Shown in pieces: positions 8,644 through 16,963 of a DNA stretch of 24,000 bases; position 1 is the first letter of the stretch, and each line of letters starts with the position of its first letter. The position numbers and the translations under genes are program-made. The notes beneath the pieces were generated by a model. That model was not told where the DNA came from, searched no databases, and saw only the letters and a program-made list of their open reading frames with translations. The DNA comes from Candidatus Woesearchaeota archaeon (GTDB taxonomy: Archaea; Nanobdellota; Nanobdellia; Pacearchaeales; GW2011-AR1): positions 3,752 through 27,751 of the forward strand of contig CAZNQS010000006.1 of the NCBI GenBank assembly GCA_964575515.1. The letters run 5' to 3'.

Positions 8644-8940
8644 TTAAACCAAACTATCTAAATATTTCTCATTCATTTTTAATAAAGCAAATTGTCTCCC
8701 AGAAAATCCGCCTCCTACACTAGCAAATCTCCCTTTAACATAATTCAAACCATTATAACAGACCTTGCACTCCTTAAAATGCCTATGCCATTTAAGAGTC
8801 ACTCTCTTATCCTCATCAGGCAAAAATTCATATTCTCGCTCTGATAAACTAATCAAATAGAGCACGACATATCCTGCTCTATCAAGTGAACAAGCTATAT
8901 TAATTCCCTCCTCAGATTTTTCATCAAATTCACTTACCAT
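8644..8940 (-). CDS. Small C-x36-H-x3-C-x2-C protein, paralog 2
   Basis: The ORF-track start at 8946 is GTG, and the first ATG is at 8940 (98 aa). C17, H54, C58 and C61 and the terminal FALLKMNEKYLDSLV tail align with paralogs 1 and 3. Confidence 0.55.
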   Translation of the reverse strand: MVSEFDEKSEEGINIACSLDRAGYVVLYLISLSEREYEFLPDEDKRVTLKWHRHFKECKVCYNGLNYVKGRFASVGGGFSGRQFALLKMNEKYLDSLV

Positions 8941-8998
8941 ATCCACATCAATTACTCTTTATTTAAAAATATTTATGAAAAACAAAACAATATTTTAT

Positions 8999-9271
8999 TT
9001 AAATCAAGCTATCCAAAACTCTCTCGTTCTCTTTTAATAATCTAAAACTCTCGGGAGTATAAAGCTTAGAAAATATTATATTGGATGCAGCGTCTCTCTT
9101 GGCATCAATGTAATAATTCCTACATCTATCGCAATTTTTAAAATGCTCATACATATCATTAATAAACCTCCTCTCCAGTTCCGATAAATCAGTATAAGTA
9201 GCAGTTGATAAAGTGCCTATATAAAAACAAATATCTAAACCTCTATCTTCAGAACATGCCTCGCTTTCCAT
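8999..9271 (-). CDS. Small C-x36-H-x3-C-x2-C protein, paralog 3
   Basis: The likely start is the internal ATG at 9271 (MESEACSEDRG..., 90 aa), preceded by AAGGAGGGAGAAGAAA. The 50 codons further upstream in the track ORF overlap dys in another frame. C6, H43, C47, C50 and the terminal FRLLKENERVLDSLI tail are present. Confidence 0.6.
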   Translation of the reverse strand: MESEACSEDRGLDICFYIGTLSTATYTDLSELERRFINDMYEHFKNCDRCRNYYIDAKRDAASNIIFSKLYTPESFRLLKENERVLDSLI

Positions 9272-10262
9272 TTTCTTCTCCCTCCTTCGCAAAACTCTCT
9301 GCCACAAGTAGCGGAAATAAAATTGTCGCATCCCCAAATACTTTAACAGAATCTCCCCCAGCCACAATCTTTCCCCAAGAAACAGCCTCATCGGGCAAGG
9401 CTCCTGCATCACTTCCATCATATTCTTGAGAAGTATTTATATAAACGGCATACTCGCAACCATTCCGCAACATATTTGTATTCAGAATAGAATGCTTAAT
9501 TATTCCAGTTCCAAGCAAAATCACTCCGCTCTTCTTTAACTTAAAACTACTATCATTCAATTCTTTTATATCTTCAGTAATATCAATCTTAAAATCAGGC
9601 TTTTTAAATTTGAAAAAATAAATATTATCTCCTAATGCTCCATCAGTCAGAGCAGGACAAAAAATTCTTATTTTATTCTTCCACGCCCAATAGCAAACAC
9701 TTCTCTTGTCATTTATTTTCTCTCCTAATTTCCAGATAAAGTCGCAAACACTCAAAATCTTTTTAGTCCTATCCTGCTCATTCCACAATTCTTCTAAAAT
9801 AGGCTGAATAAATTCTTCAAATTCAACATATCTGTTATTCGGCGCATATACATTTCCTATTCTATTAATCCCTTTTTCCCTCAATTCAGCCCCGTCAGCG
9901 TGAAAATCTCCCAAAACAAAATCCCCGAGGCATTTTATAATATCCTCTTCAATCCCTCCAGCTGTTGTAACAATCACGTTAACTTTTTTATGCTCAACTA
10001 AATATCTAAAAATATCTCTTAATCCAGAGCTTACAAGATTAGACGTGTATCCTAAATAAACAAAAGCCTTATCCTTAATCATCTTATTAGCAATGTCAAT
10101 CGCCTTGGCTAAATGCGATGCCTGAAACCCTGTAGAAGAAAAACTGCGGACAATCTCGTCATAATTCACTCCTTTATTGAAATCATATCCCTTAATCGCA
10201 ATTCCCTCTATTTCCTCGCTCTCTCTAAGCAAATTCTTCTTTGCAATTTCTCCATTATCCAT
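9249..10262 (-). CDS. dys: Deoxyhypusine synthase
   Basis: GYTSNLVSSGLRDIFRYLVEHKKVNVIVTTAGGIEEDIIKC and WGKI...GDATILFPLL are DHS hallmark blocks. The first ATG is at 10262, and the track start at 10274 is GTG. Confidence 0.9.
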   Translation of the reverse strand: MDNGEIAKKNLLRESEEIEGIAIKGYDFNKGVNYDEIVRSFSSTGFQASHLAKAIDIANKMIKDKAFVYLGYTSNLVSSGLRDIFRYLVEHKKVNVIVTTAGGIEEDIIKCLGDFVLGDFHADGAELREKGINRIGNVYAPNNRYVEFEEFIQPILEELWNEQDRTKKILSVCDFIWKLGEKINDKRSVCYWAWKNKIRIFCPALTDGALGDNIYFFKFKKPDFKIDITEDIKELNDSSFKLKKSGVILLGTGIIKHSILNTNMLRNGCEYAVYINTSQEYDGSDAGALPDEAVSWGKIVAGGDSVKVFGDATILFPLLVAESFAKEGEENGKRGMF

Positions 10263-10324
10263 ATCGTGAAGCACTTTTCATGATATATAAATCTTTATTA
10301 AGATTGATAAAAAATAAAAAGGAG

Positions 10325-10642
10325 ATGAAAAATATAGAAGAGATCATAGGAACATTGCTTGCAATTATATCCATTTTAATAACATTAACAATACCTATCC
10401 CATTATCACAAGATTTTAGATTAGCTATAATTGGGGCAATATTAATTTTTTACATAACAATAAGTATATTTAGATTTAATAAAAGATTGGAAGAACAAGA
10501 AAATGAGCAAAAAGGATTAGAAGAAAAGCTTAAAATACATGAGCATCTTATTGAGATTAAAGCAGACATAAAAAATCTACAGGATAAAACTAATAATCTG
10601 CAGGATAAAGTCAACAAATATGAGACAAAGAGATATAAGTGA
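10325..10642 (+). CDS. Small membrane-anchored coiled-coil protein
   Basis: The internal ATG at 10325 is preceded by AAAAGGAG. Two TM helices are followed by a charged heptad-like tail with a repeated NLQDK motif. The upstream 28 codons of the track ORF overlap the dys start region. Confidence 0.5.
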   Translation: MKNIEEIIGTLLAIISILITLTIPIPLSQDFRLAIIGAILIFYITISIFRFNKRLEEQENEQKGLEEKLKIHEHLIEIKADIKNLQDKTNNLQDKVNKYETKRYK

Positions 10643-10723
10643 CACATTAATCGATATTATAAAAGCAGCAGCAATAGCAATAATAGGATTTATAATAATA
10701 AGGGGGCTTTTACAAGCAACTTC

Positions 10724-11764
10724 CTAATTCCCCCCAAACCTTCTTTCTCTTTTTCCATATTCTCTTAATGCTTCGTGCAGCTCTTCAATGCCAAAATCAG
10801 GAAAATATTTTTTGCTGAAATATAACTCTGCATAAGCTGACTGAAAAGGCATAAATCCGCTGATTCTCTTCTCTCCTGATGTTCTTATAATCAAATCCGG
10901 ATCAGGCAGCTCTTTAGTGTCTAAAAACTTCGCAAAATCCTTCTCGTCGACTTTTTTTATCCCTTTTTCCAGAATCTTATTGACCGCCCTAATTAGTTCG
11001 TCCCTGCCGCCATAATCCAAACAAAGCAAAACATTGAACTCTTTATATTTCAAAGTTTCTTTCTCCAGCTTTTCTAAAGACCTGATTAGATCCTTTGGCA
11101 GTCTGTCTTTCCTTCCTATGTGAATAAATCTCATTTTATTCTTCTTGGCAAATTTCATAAATCTTTCAACGCCTCCTGAAAGCAGCTCAAAAATAGCCTT
11201 CTTCTCCTCGCTGCTTCTTTTCCAGTTCTCGCTTGAAAATCCCCATATAGAAACATGCGTAACTCCCATCCTTTTAGCCTCTCCAAGTAAAGACTCTACA
11301 TTGCCATAACTTCCTGCTTTATAATGTCCAAAATGAGATTCTATTCCCTTATACCTAGCCCATCTCCTGTTTCCGTCAGGAATAATTGCCACATGCCTCG
11401 GGATTTCTCTGCTCTCCTCGCCCCAGTTCGTTCTAAAAATCCTCCTAACCAGCCCTGATATACTCTTGAACTTATCAGCGAAAAAATTTCCCTCTCTGAC
11501 TATTTTAAAATGCCCTGAAGTTTTATTAATATCGCTCCAGTTAACCTCGATATTCTCTACTTTTGAAAATCCAGGGCTTTCCTCAAGCCATGACAATAGC
11601 TGATTAATTTTATCCCTCTCCCCTTGTGCAACTATCAGAATCCCTCCATCGCTTAAATTCATGGCGCTCCCCATGATTTCTTCTTTTTCGGCAAACTTTT
11701 TAATATAATTTCTGAAGTGCACCCCCTGCACCCTTCCTCTAACCTCAATCCTTGCCTCTTTCAT
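10724..11764 (-). CDS. uppS: Acylphosphatase-like domain fused to cis-prenyltransferase (undecaprenyl-diphosphate synthase family)
   Basis: The N-terminus carries both acylphosphatase signatures (VRGRVQGVHFR; GSAMNLSDGGILIVAQG). From about nt 11404 downward it is UppS (HVAIIPDGNRRWA ..., RTSGEKRISGF). The ATG at 11764 has a GGAGG SD and an ATGA overlap with the upstream DHH gene. Confidence 0.85.
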   Translation of the reverse strand: MKEARIEVRGRVQGVHFRNYIKKFAEKEEIMGSAMNLSDGGILIVAQGERDKINQLLSWLEESPGFSKVENIEVNWSDINKTSGHFKIVREGNFFADKFKSISGLVRRIFRTNWGEESREIPRHVAIIPDGNRRWARYKGIESHFGHYKAGSYGNVESLLGEAKRMGVTHVSIWGFSSENWKRSSEEKKAIFELLSGGVERFMKFAKKNKMRFIHIGRKDRLPKDLIRSLEKLEKETLKYKEFNVLLCLDYGGRDELIRAVNKILEKGIKKVDEKDFAKFLDTKELPDPDLIIRTSGEKRISGFMPFQSAYAELYFSKKYFPDFGIEELHEALREYGKRERRFGGN

Positions 11765-12813
11765 TTTATCTCCTCCAAAAGGCAATTCTTAAACTTTTCC
11801 AAATCCTCGCTTTTCAGGCGCACGCCAACAGCATCCTCATGCCCGCCCCCAGTAACGTTCTCAAAATTTTTAAGAGATTTTTCTAAAACCTTTTTGACAT
11901 TCTTTCCTCTCAAAGAAATATTAGAAATACTCCCCTTCTTGTAAGCAACAGCCACATATTTGTCTTTATTTAAATAAGAAAGCTCATTTGCAATGTCTGC
12001 GCTGATGCTCAAATCCCCTGAATAAACAAAAAATATCAAATTGCCGTAAAAGCAGTTCTTCGCCTTCTCAATCAGCCCATCATATTTTCTCCTTATTTCC
12101 CTGTATCGCTTTCTGAAATAATAATTGCCGTTGACTTCTAAAAAAACCTCTTCAGGTCCTTTGCATGAAATTAAAAAATTCTGCAAATGCACAATATTTG
12201 TTGTGCTGTCTTTTAATCCAAAATTAAGCGCCTGCGCAACTCTTCCTATTTCAGTTTTATAATATGCGTCAAAAGGCTCTTTGACATCTCCCCAAAATTC
12301 CCCATATCTTTTCCCAAAATCGTCAGCATAATCCGGCAGGTAATGATCAGCAATGCATCCGATTACAGCAAGCCACAAATCTTCTTTTCTACCGCTAACT
12401 TTATATGCCCAATAGGTAACTGCTCTCTCTCCTTTATCCTTCCCTCCTGTTTTAGCTGAATTATAAATAAAAACATTACTGAACTCTTTAACAAAATCAT
12501 CATCTCCAACATTATGGTGATCAATCCATATTAAAGGCAATCCCAGCCCGCTTATTTCCTCAATAAATCCTTCTGAAACTACTGGCTTATCCAAAACGAA
12601 AACATAATCTGCATTCAATTCTTTTGCCTTTCTCGCATATTGGGCATTTAAATCAGGAAAACTTCTCACTGCAACACCCCTGCCTCTCCCTAAATATCTT
12701 CTCAAAATCAAGAAACTGCACAATCCATCGCAGTCATTGTCATAATAAAATAATGGATTTTGCGCTCTTTTTAAGTGCTCTTTTATCTCAATTAATTGAT
12801 TTTCGCTTAACAT
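11761..12813 (-). CDS. DHH/DHHA1 phosphoesterase (archaeal RecJ/NrnA-like)
   Basis: Motifs in order: DNDCDG, VLD, IDHHN, CIADH and DHHA1 GGGHEDAVG. The ATG at 12813 is preceded by GGTG, and the track start at 12816 is GTG. Confidence 0.8.
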   Translation of the reverse strand: MLSENQLIEIKEHLKRAQNPLFYYDNDCDGLCSFLILRRYLGRGRGVAVRSFPDLNAQYARKAKELNADYVFVLDKPVVSEGFIEEISGLGLPLIWIDHHNVGDDDFVKEFSNVFIYNSAKTGGKDKGERAVTYWAYKVSGRKEDLWLAVIGCIADHYLPDYADDFGKRYGEFWGDVKEPFDAYYKTEIGRVAQALNFGLKDSTTNIVHLQNFLISCKGPEEVFLEVNGNYYFRKRYREIRRKYDGLIEKAKNCFYGNLIFFVYSGDLSISADIANELSYLNKDKYVAVAYKKGSISNISLRGKNVKKVLEKSLKNFENVTGGGHEDAVGVRLKSEDLEKFKNCLLEEIK

Positions 12814-12902
12814 CACCTTTAGAAAAAAATACCTTATTTAAACTTACCCAAGGTATATCGGTTCATAACGCAACATCATCTCCATAAATAATAAGCAATA
12901 AA

Positions 12903-14294
12903 TTAGGTTACATTAACTCCTCTAAGCCATCTTCCAATTTTATCAAAAATTGTATTCCCAGTCAAAGGCACTGAAGCTACAGAACCTCCGGCATTTCTCT
13001 GCTCTTCAGACAGCGAATTATACAACTCATCTCTATCCTGCAAGTTTATTACGCTGTCTCCATTAAAATCAGCATTATCTTTGCAATTAAAGTATCCTGT
13101 TTCCAATCCGTCATCTAAATCTTCAACATCGAAAATATCTATCCTTCCATCTCCATTCACATCCCCTATTTCTGAATCACATATAGGAATACTAACTACA
13201 ACTCTCAATCCAGGCTCCTTGATTTGCAATTCTTTTGCATCAGGTATCACTGGTACTTTTAAAAAAAAGCTTCTATCATTGTCAAAAGTCTCTCCATCAA
13301 TCAAAGGAGAAGCAAGCACATCTTCCAAATCAACTTCAGCTCTTGGCCCATCAGTAAAAATTAGCTCAGGATTAAATCTTCCTATCTCTACTTTCTTATC
13401 GTCATCTAAAATTACATCAAAACTATATCCTCCACTACCACTATCTCCGACACATCCCTGAGCAATTTCCCTATCAACAATACTAAGCCCACCTTCAACG
13501 CTTCCCTCAACTAAATAATATTCTTGCTCTGCACAATCAACCCCAGAATCAACAACTTTAGCAGTCACTCTACCACTTAGCTCGCTCAATTCATCTATTT
13601 TATTCTCAATAACCCACTCATTAAAACTCCCGTAATGCTCTGAGCTTAATGTTCTCATTATCCCATTCTCAACACTCCTACTATAATCAGCTCTTGAGCA
13701 TCCTATATAACATCCGTCCTCTCTCCCTTTAAACTCACTGCATTCTTTAGCACAATTTCCCGCAGAATTTCTAGGTATCTTAGCTGGCACATATTCTTCA
13801 GCCAAATTTACAAAACTGTGCCCAAATTCATGCAAAAAAACACTCAGTGGATGCTTTACATTCAAGCTCGCGACATTCAAATAACTAGAACTCCTAATGC
13901 TCCTGCTATAATCATCATTTAACACCACTATCTGATCATTAGGACAAGACCCCGCAACCCTTACTAATTCTCTTGAATAGCACAGCATAGCAATACCATT
14001 ATATAATTCACATTCTGGAGAATAATCTATATAATAAAAATTAAATCTATCCTTGTGAACACTAAGCGGATCCCATCCAAAAAAGTAATCTATATATCGC
14101 TCAACTTCTTTCTTATCATCTCCAAAAAACACAACATTAACTCCATTATCACTGTTCTGCTTCAAAACAGTACATTCTTCTAAATTCCCAGATGCAGGGC
14201 CCAAAAAAGCATTCTTAAAAACAATCAAACTTCCTATAACTCCAACAACAATCACTATAAAAACGATAATGGATACAAACATCAACTTTTCCAT
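12903..14294 (-). CDS. Secreted M64-like zinc metallopeptidase with C-terminal dockerin-type repeats
   Basis: N-terminal signal anchor. HEFGHSFVNLAEEY (nt 13818-13832 encode HEFGH) resembles the M64 IgA-peptidase HExxH...L-x-[DE]-E-Y block. The C-terminal DVNGDGRIDIFDV and DFNGDSVINLQD are paired calcium-loop dockerin repeats (about 13017-13163). Confidence 0.7.
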   Translation of the reverse strand: MEKLMFVSIIVFIVIVVGVIGSLIVFKNAFLGPASGNLEECTVLKQNSDNGVNVVFFGDDKKEVERYIDYFFGWDPLSVHKDRFNFYYIDYSPECELYNGIAMLCYSRELVRVAGSCPNDQIVVLNDDYSRSIRSSSYLNVASLNVKHPLSVFLHEFGHSFVNLAEEYVPAKIPRNSAGNCAKECSEFKGREDGCYIGCSRADYSRSVENGIMRTLSSEHYGSFNEWVIENKIDELSELSGRVTAKVVDSGVDCAEQEYYLVEGSVEGGLSIVDREIAQGCVGDSGSGGYSFDVILDDDKKVEIGRFNPELIFTDGPRAEVDLEDVLASPLIDGETFDNDRSFFLKVPVIPDAKELQIKEPGLRVVVSIPICDSEIGDVNGDGRIDIFDVEDLDDGLETGYFNCKDNADFNGDSVINLQDRDELYNSLSEEQRNAGGSVASVPLTGNTIFDKIGRWLRGVNVT

Positions 14295-14521
14295 GTTATT
14301 AAATCCCTTCTTGTTTTAAATAGATTACTAAAAATCTTAAAATCGTTCTTTATATCAAACTAATTTAATATATTGATAAATGTATATAACTATACCATTC
14401 AACAAAAAATTTGAATACTATATCCATTTCATTATATTATCCATAATTCTTAAATATATTATAGAAATAACTATACCATAAAACAATAAACTTTAAAACA
14501 TCTAAAAGACCTTTTTTACAT

Positions 14522-15832
14522 ATGAAAAGAGAATTAATAACTTTTTTTGCTGTTTCCTTCATCTTATTATCTATTATTAATGTATCCGCATTAAATGCAG
14601 ACTTCGCTATTTACGCAGGCTCTGGAACTTGGGAGCATAGCATAAAAGCATTTGAAAAGTTCTTAGAATGGAAAAATCTCTCATGGGAGGAAGTAAATGC
14701 CTGGGACATAAACAAGAGAGATTTGCGGCCATTATACAAAGGAATATTTTTTCCTGGGGGATGGGCATATAATTACAAACTCTCAATTAATAAAAACGGC
14801 AATCAGAATATACGTAATTTTATTTCGAATGGTGGAGTTTACATAGGAATGAGCGCGGGAGCTTTCTATGCATGTGATAAAGTGGTCTGGGAAGGATCTA
14901 CTTACGACTATCCCTTAAAATTATTTAATGGAAATTGTATAGGTCCAATAAATGAAATTGCTCCCTGGCCGAATTACGTAATGACAACAATGTCAATAAA
15001 TAAAGCCCACGAAGCAAATATTTATGAGCCAGAAACAGAAGATATATTATATTATGGGGAGCCATATTTTATCGCAAATGCAGGACAAGAAATGCAGGTC
15101 CTCGCCTCTTGGATTGTTCCGGCAAACCCAGCGGCCAATAACGCCCCAGGAATAATAGGTTTTAATTACGGAAAAGGTAGAGTCTTGCTTGTAGGCCCAC
15201 ATCCTGAAATAGAAGAAAATTCAGACCGTGATGGTACGAGCTTTGGATCTGAACTAAACGATAATGGCTCTGACTGGCCATTCCTCTGGACAGCAACAGA
15301 CTGGATGCTAAAGAAACAAATCTCACAACCCCCAGAATCTCCTCTTCCACCTCAAATCCCTCCCAAAAATGACACAAATACAACAATAATATTCCAAGAT
15401 GATTTTGAATCCTGCTCTCTAGTTAATTGGATTCTTTCTGGTATTGACGCAAACTGGCAGTCAGTATCAACAGACCCCTATCAAGGAACATGCCATGCAC
15501 AAGCCCGGCCAATGAATACAAACGAGCCAGCAAGCACAATGGAAAAAATAATTGATACAACAGGTTATACAAATGTAAAAGTAGATTATTACAGAAAATT
15601 AATAGGTTTAGATATAGCTGATGAATTCAAAGCAGAATGGTTTGACGGCTCTAATTGGATAACACTTGAACAAACCCCAGATTCCACAGACGACGCCTCC
15701 TATATATCAAAACAATTCACACTTCCTTCATCCGCCAATAACAATCCTAATTTAAAAATTAGATTTGAATGCACTGCCGGCGCAGTAAGTGAAACCTGCA
15801 ACATAGATGATGTAAAAGTAATTGCAAATTAA
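14522..15832 (+). CDS. Secreted class-I GATase-fold hydrolase (peptidase S51/BPL_N-like) with Pro-rich linker and C-terminal beta-sandwich module
   Basis: Signal peptide. GGVYIGMSAGAFYA (nucleophile elbow with Ser) and LLVGPHPEIE (His/Glu as in GATase G-x-x-x-HPE). Linker SQPPESPLPPQIPP. The C-terminal DDFE...IDDVKV domain is homologous to the N-terminus of ORF 17109. Confidence 0.65.
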   Translation: MKRELITFFAVSFILLSIINVSALNADFAIYAGSGTWEHSIKAFEKFLEWKNLSWEEVNAWDINKRDLRPLYKGIFFPGGWAYNYKLSINKNGNQNIRNFISNGGVYIGMSAGAFYACDKVVWEGSTYDYPLKLFNGNCIGPINEIAPWPNYVMTTMSINKAHEANIYEPETEDILYYGEPYFIANAGQEMQVLASWIVPANPAANNAPGIIGFNYGKGRVLLVGPHPEIEENSDRDGTSFGSELNDNGSDWPFLWTATDWMLKKQISQPPESPLPPQIPPKNDTNTTIIFQDDFESCSLVNWILSGIDANWQSVSTDPYQGTCHAQARPMNTNEPASTMEKIIDTTGYTNVKVDYYRKLIGLDIADEFKAEWFDGSNWITLEQTPDSTDDASYISKQFTLPSSANNNPNLKIRFECTAGAVSETCNIDDVKVIAN

Positions 15833-15842
15833 CATATAATTA

Positions 15843-16370
15843 TTACTCAAAAACTATCTTTCGTGTCATATCAATCAAATTTCTGCATTTTTGAGTTAAG
15901 TCTACAATTTTCTCTTTGTTCATAGATATTTTTGCGCTGTAAGTATAATCTTCCCTCATCTCTATAATACTCTCTTTCTTTTCCTGCTCATCTTCCTTAT
16001 ACTTAAACATCTCAATAAACACTTCATCAACATTAATTTTCCCTTCTTCTTTTAGGTATTCTATTAAAGCTATAGTGCAAGTTTGATTTCCTGACTCATA
16101 TCCAAATCTTGCAGCAATAGACAGAAAACAATGATACATTGCATAGAAAAAAGCACTTGCAGACCAATCAGAAAAGCCAGTTTTTACAAAATTAAGAGCT
16201 GCATCAAGATTATGCTCTGCTTTCTTAATATGCTCCCTCGCTTCATTAATATCTGGCTTTATCTTTAGAAGACCGCGGTGTTTTTGTCTTTTTCCTTCTC
16301 TTTTGCACTCTTCAATTTCTTTTTCTGCTTTTTTCAAGCACCATTCAACATGCTTAGATGCTTGTGACAT
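15843..16370 (-). CDS. HEPN domain protein (partner of adjacent MNT)
   Basis: All-helical 175 aa from the ATG at 16370 (MSQASKHVEWCLKKAEKEIEE...). It follows the typical HEPN layout with a late R-x-x-Y segment (MREDYTYS). It overlaps the 3' end of the upstream MNT gene by 17 nt. The start is uncertain, with alternatives at 16388 and 16403. Confidence 0.6.
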   Translation of the reverse strand: MSQASKHVEWCLKKAEKEIEECKREGKRQKHRGLLKIKPDINEAREHIKKAEHNLDAALNFVKTGFSDWSASAFFYAMYHCFLSIAARFGYESGNQTCTIALIEYLKEEGKINVDEVFIEMFKYKEDEQEKKESIIEMREDYTYSAKISMNKEKIVDLTQKCRNLIDMTRKIVFE

Positions 16371-16944
16371 TGCGTATAGCCTCCACATATTTATCCTGTC
16401 CATATAATACTATTGCATCTTTAACAATATTTATAATAGATTTTTGTTTTTCCTGAAGATTTTTTAAGAAATCATCTGTTGTAAGCTCCATTGAATGTAT
16501 TTTTTTTGAAAGGAATTTTTGTCTTTTAATTATAGCTCTGGAGGCTTCTTTATATTCTTCTTTTTCCATAACAATCATTATATCAATATCACGAGCTTTT
16601 TCATAATTTTTTATTGCAGAGCCATATAGCATCACAATCCTCTCTCCCTTAAAGAGCTCCCTAAATTCATCTTTCCAGCGCTTGAAGCTATCGGCTTCAT
16701 TAGCCAGCAGAAAAGCAATCAACTTTCTTATATAATCATCCTCAAGATTTAATTTATAGACAATTGATTTTCCTATTATCCTGTCTTTTAAGATATTTTT
16801 ATTAAGAAGTTTTTTGAGTAATTTCATACTGCCAACCCTGCTTATGCCTAAAAGTTTGCTCAATGAATTTGCATTATAATAATTAGAAAAATCTTTAAAC
16901 AAGATTAGTAATGCTTCTTTTTCCTTTTGTGTTATTGGCACCAT
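16354..16944 (-). CDS. wHTH-fused minimal nucleotidyltransferase (MNT)
   Basis: From the ATG at 16944. N-terminal winged helix (LSKLLGISRVGSMKLLKKLLNKNILKDRI), then the MNT catalytic motif LYGSAIKNYEKARDIDIMIV (G-S-x10-D-x-D). Confidence 0.7.
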   Translation of the reverse strand: MVPITQKEKEALLILFKDFSNYYNANSLSKLLGISRVGSMKLLKKLLNKNILKDRIIGKSIVYKLNLEDDYIRKLIAFLLANEADSFKRWKDEFRELFKGERIVMLYGSAIKNYEKARDIDIMIVMEKEEYKEASRAIIKRQKFLSKKIHSMELTTDDFLKNLQEKQKSIINIVKDAIVLYGQDKYVEAIRNVTSI

Positions 16945-16963
16945 TTTCCTATGTAAACTAATT

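Noticed and set aside
9272-9421. N-terminal 50-codon extension of the paralog P3 ORF as given in the track (start 9421).
   Set aside because: It overlaps the conserved C-terminus of dys in a different frame. It has no counterpart in paralogs P1 and P2, and a strong GGAGG precedes the internal ATG at 9271.
10620-10727. Possible 35-aa ORF (MRQRDISDTLIDIIKAAAIAIIGFIIIRGLLQATS) overlapping the end of ORF 10325-10642 and running to the uppS stop.
   Set aside because: It has one plausible TM helix, but no visible ribosome-binding site or conservation evidence, and it is too short to separate from chance in this composition.
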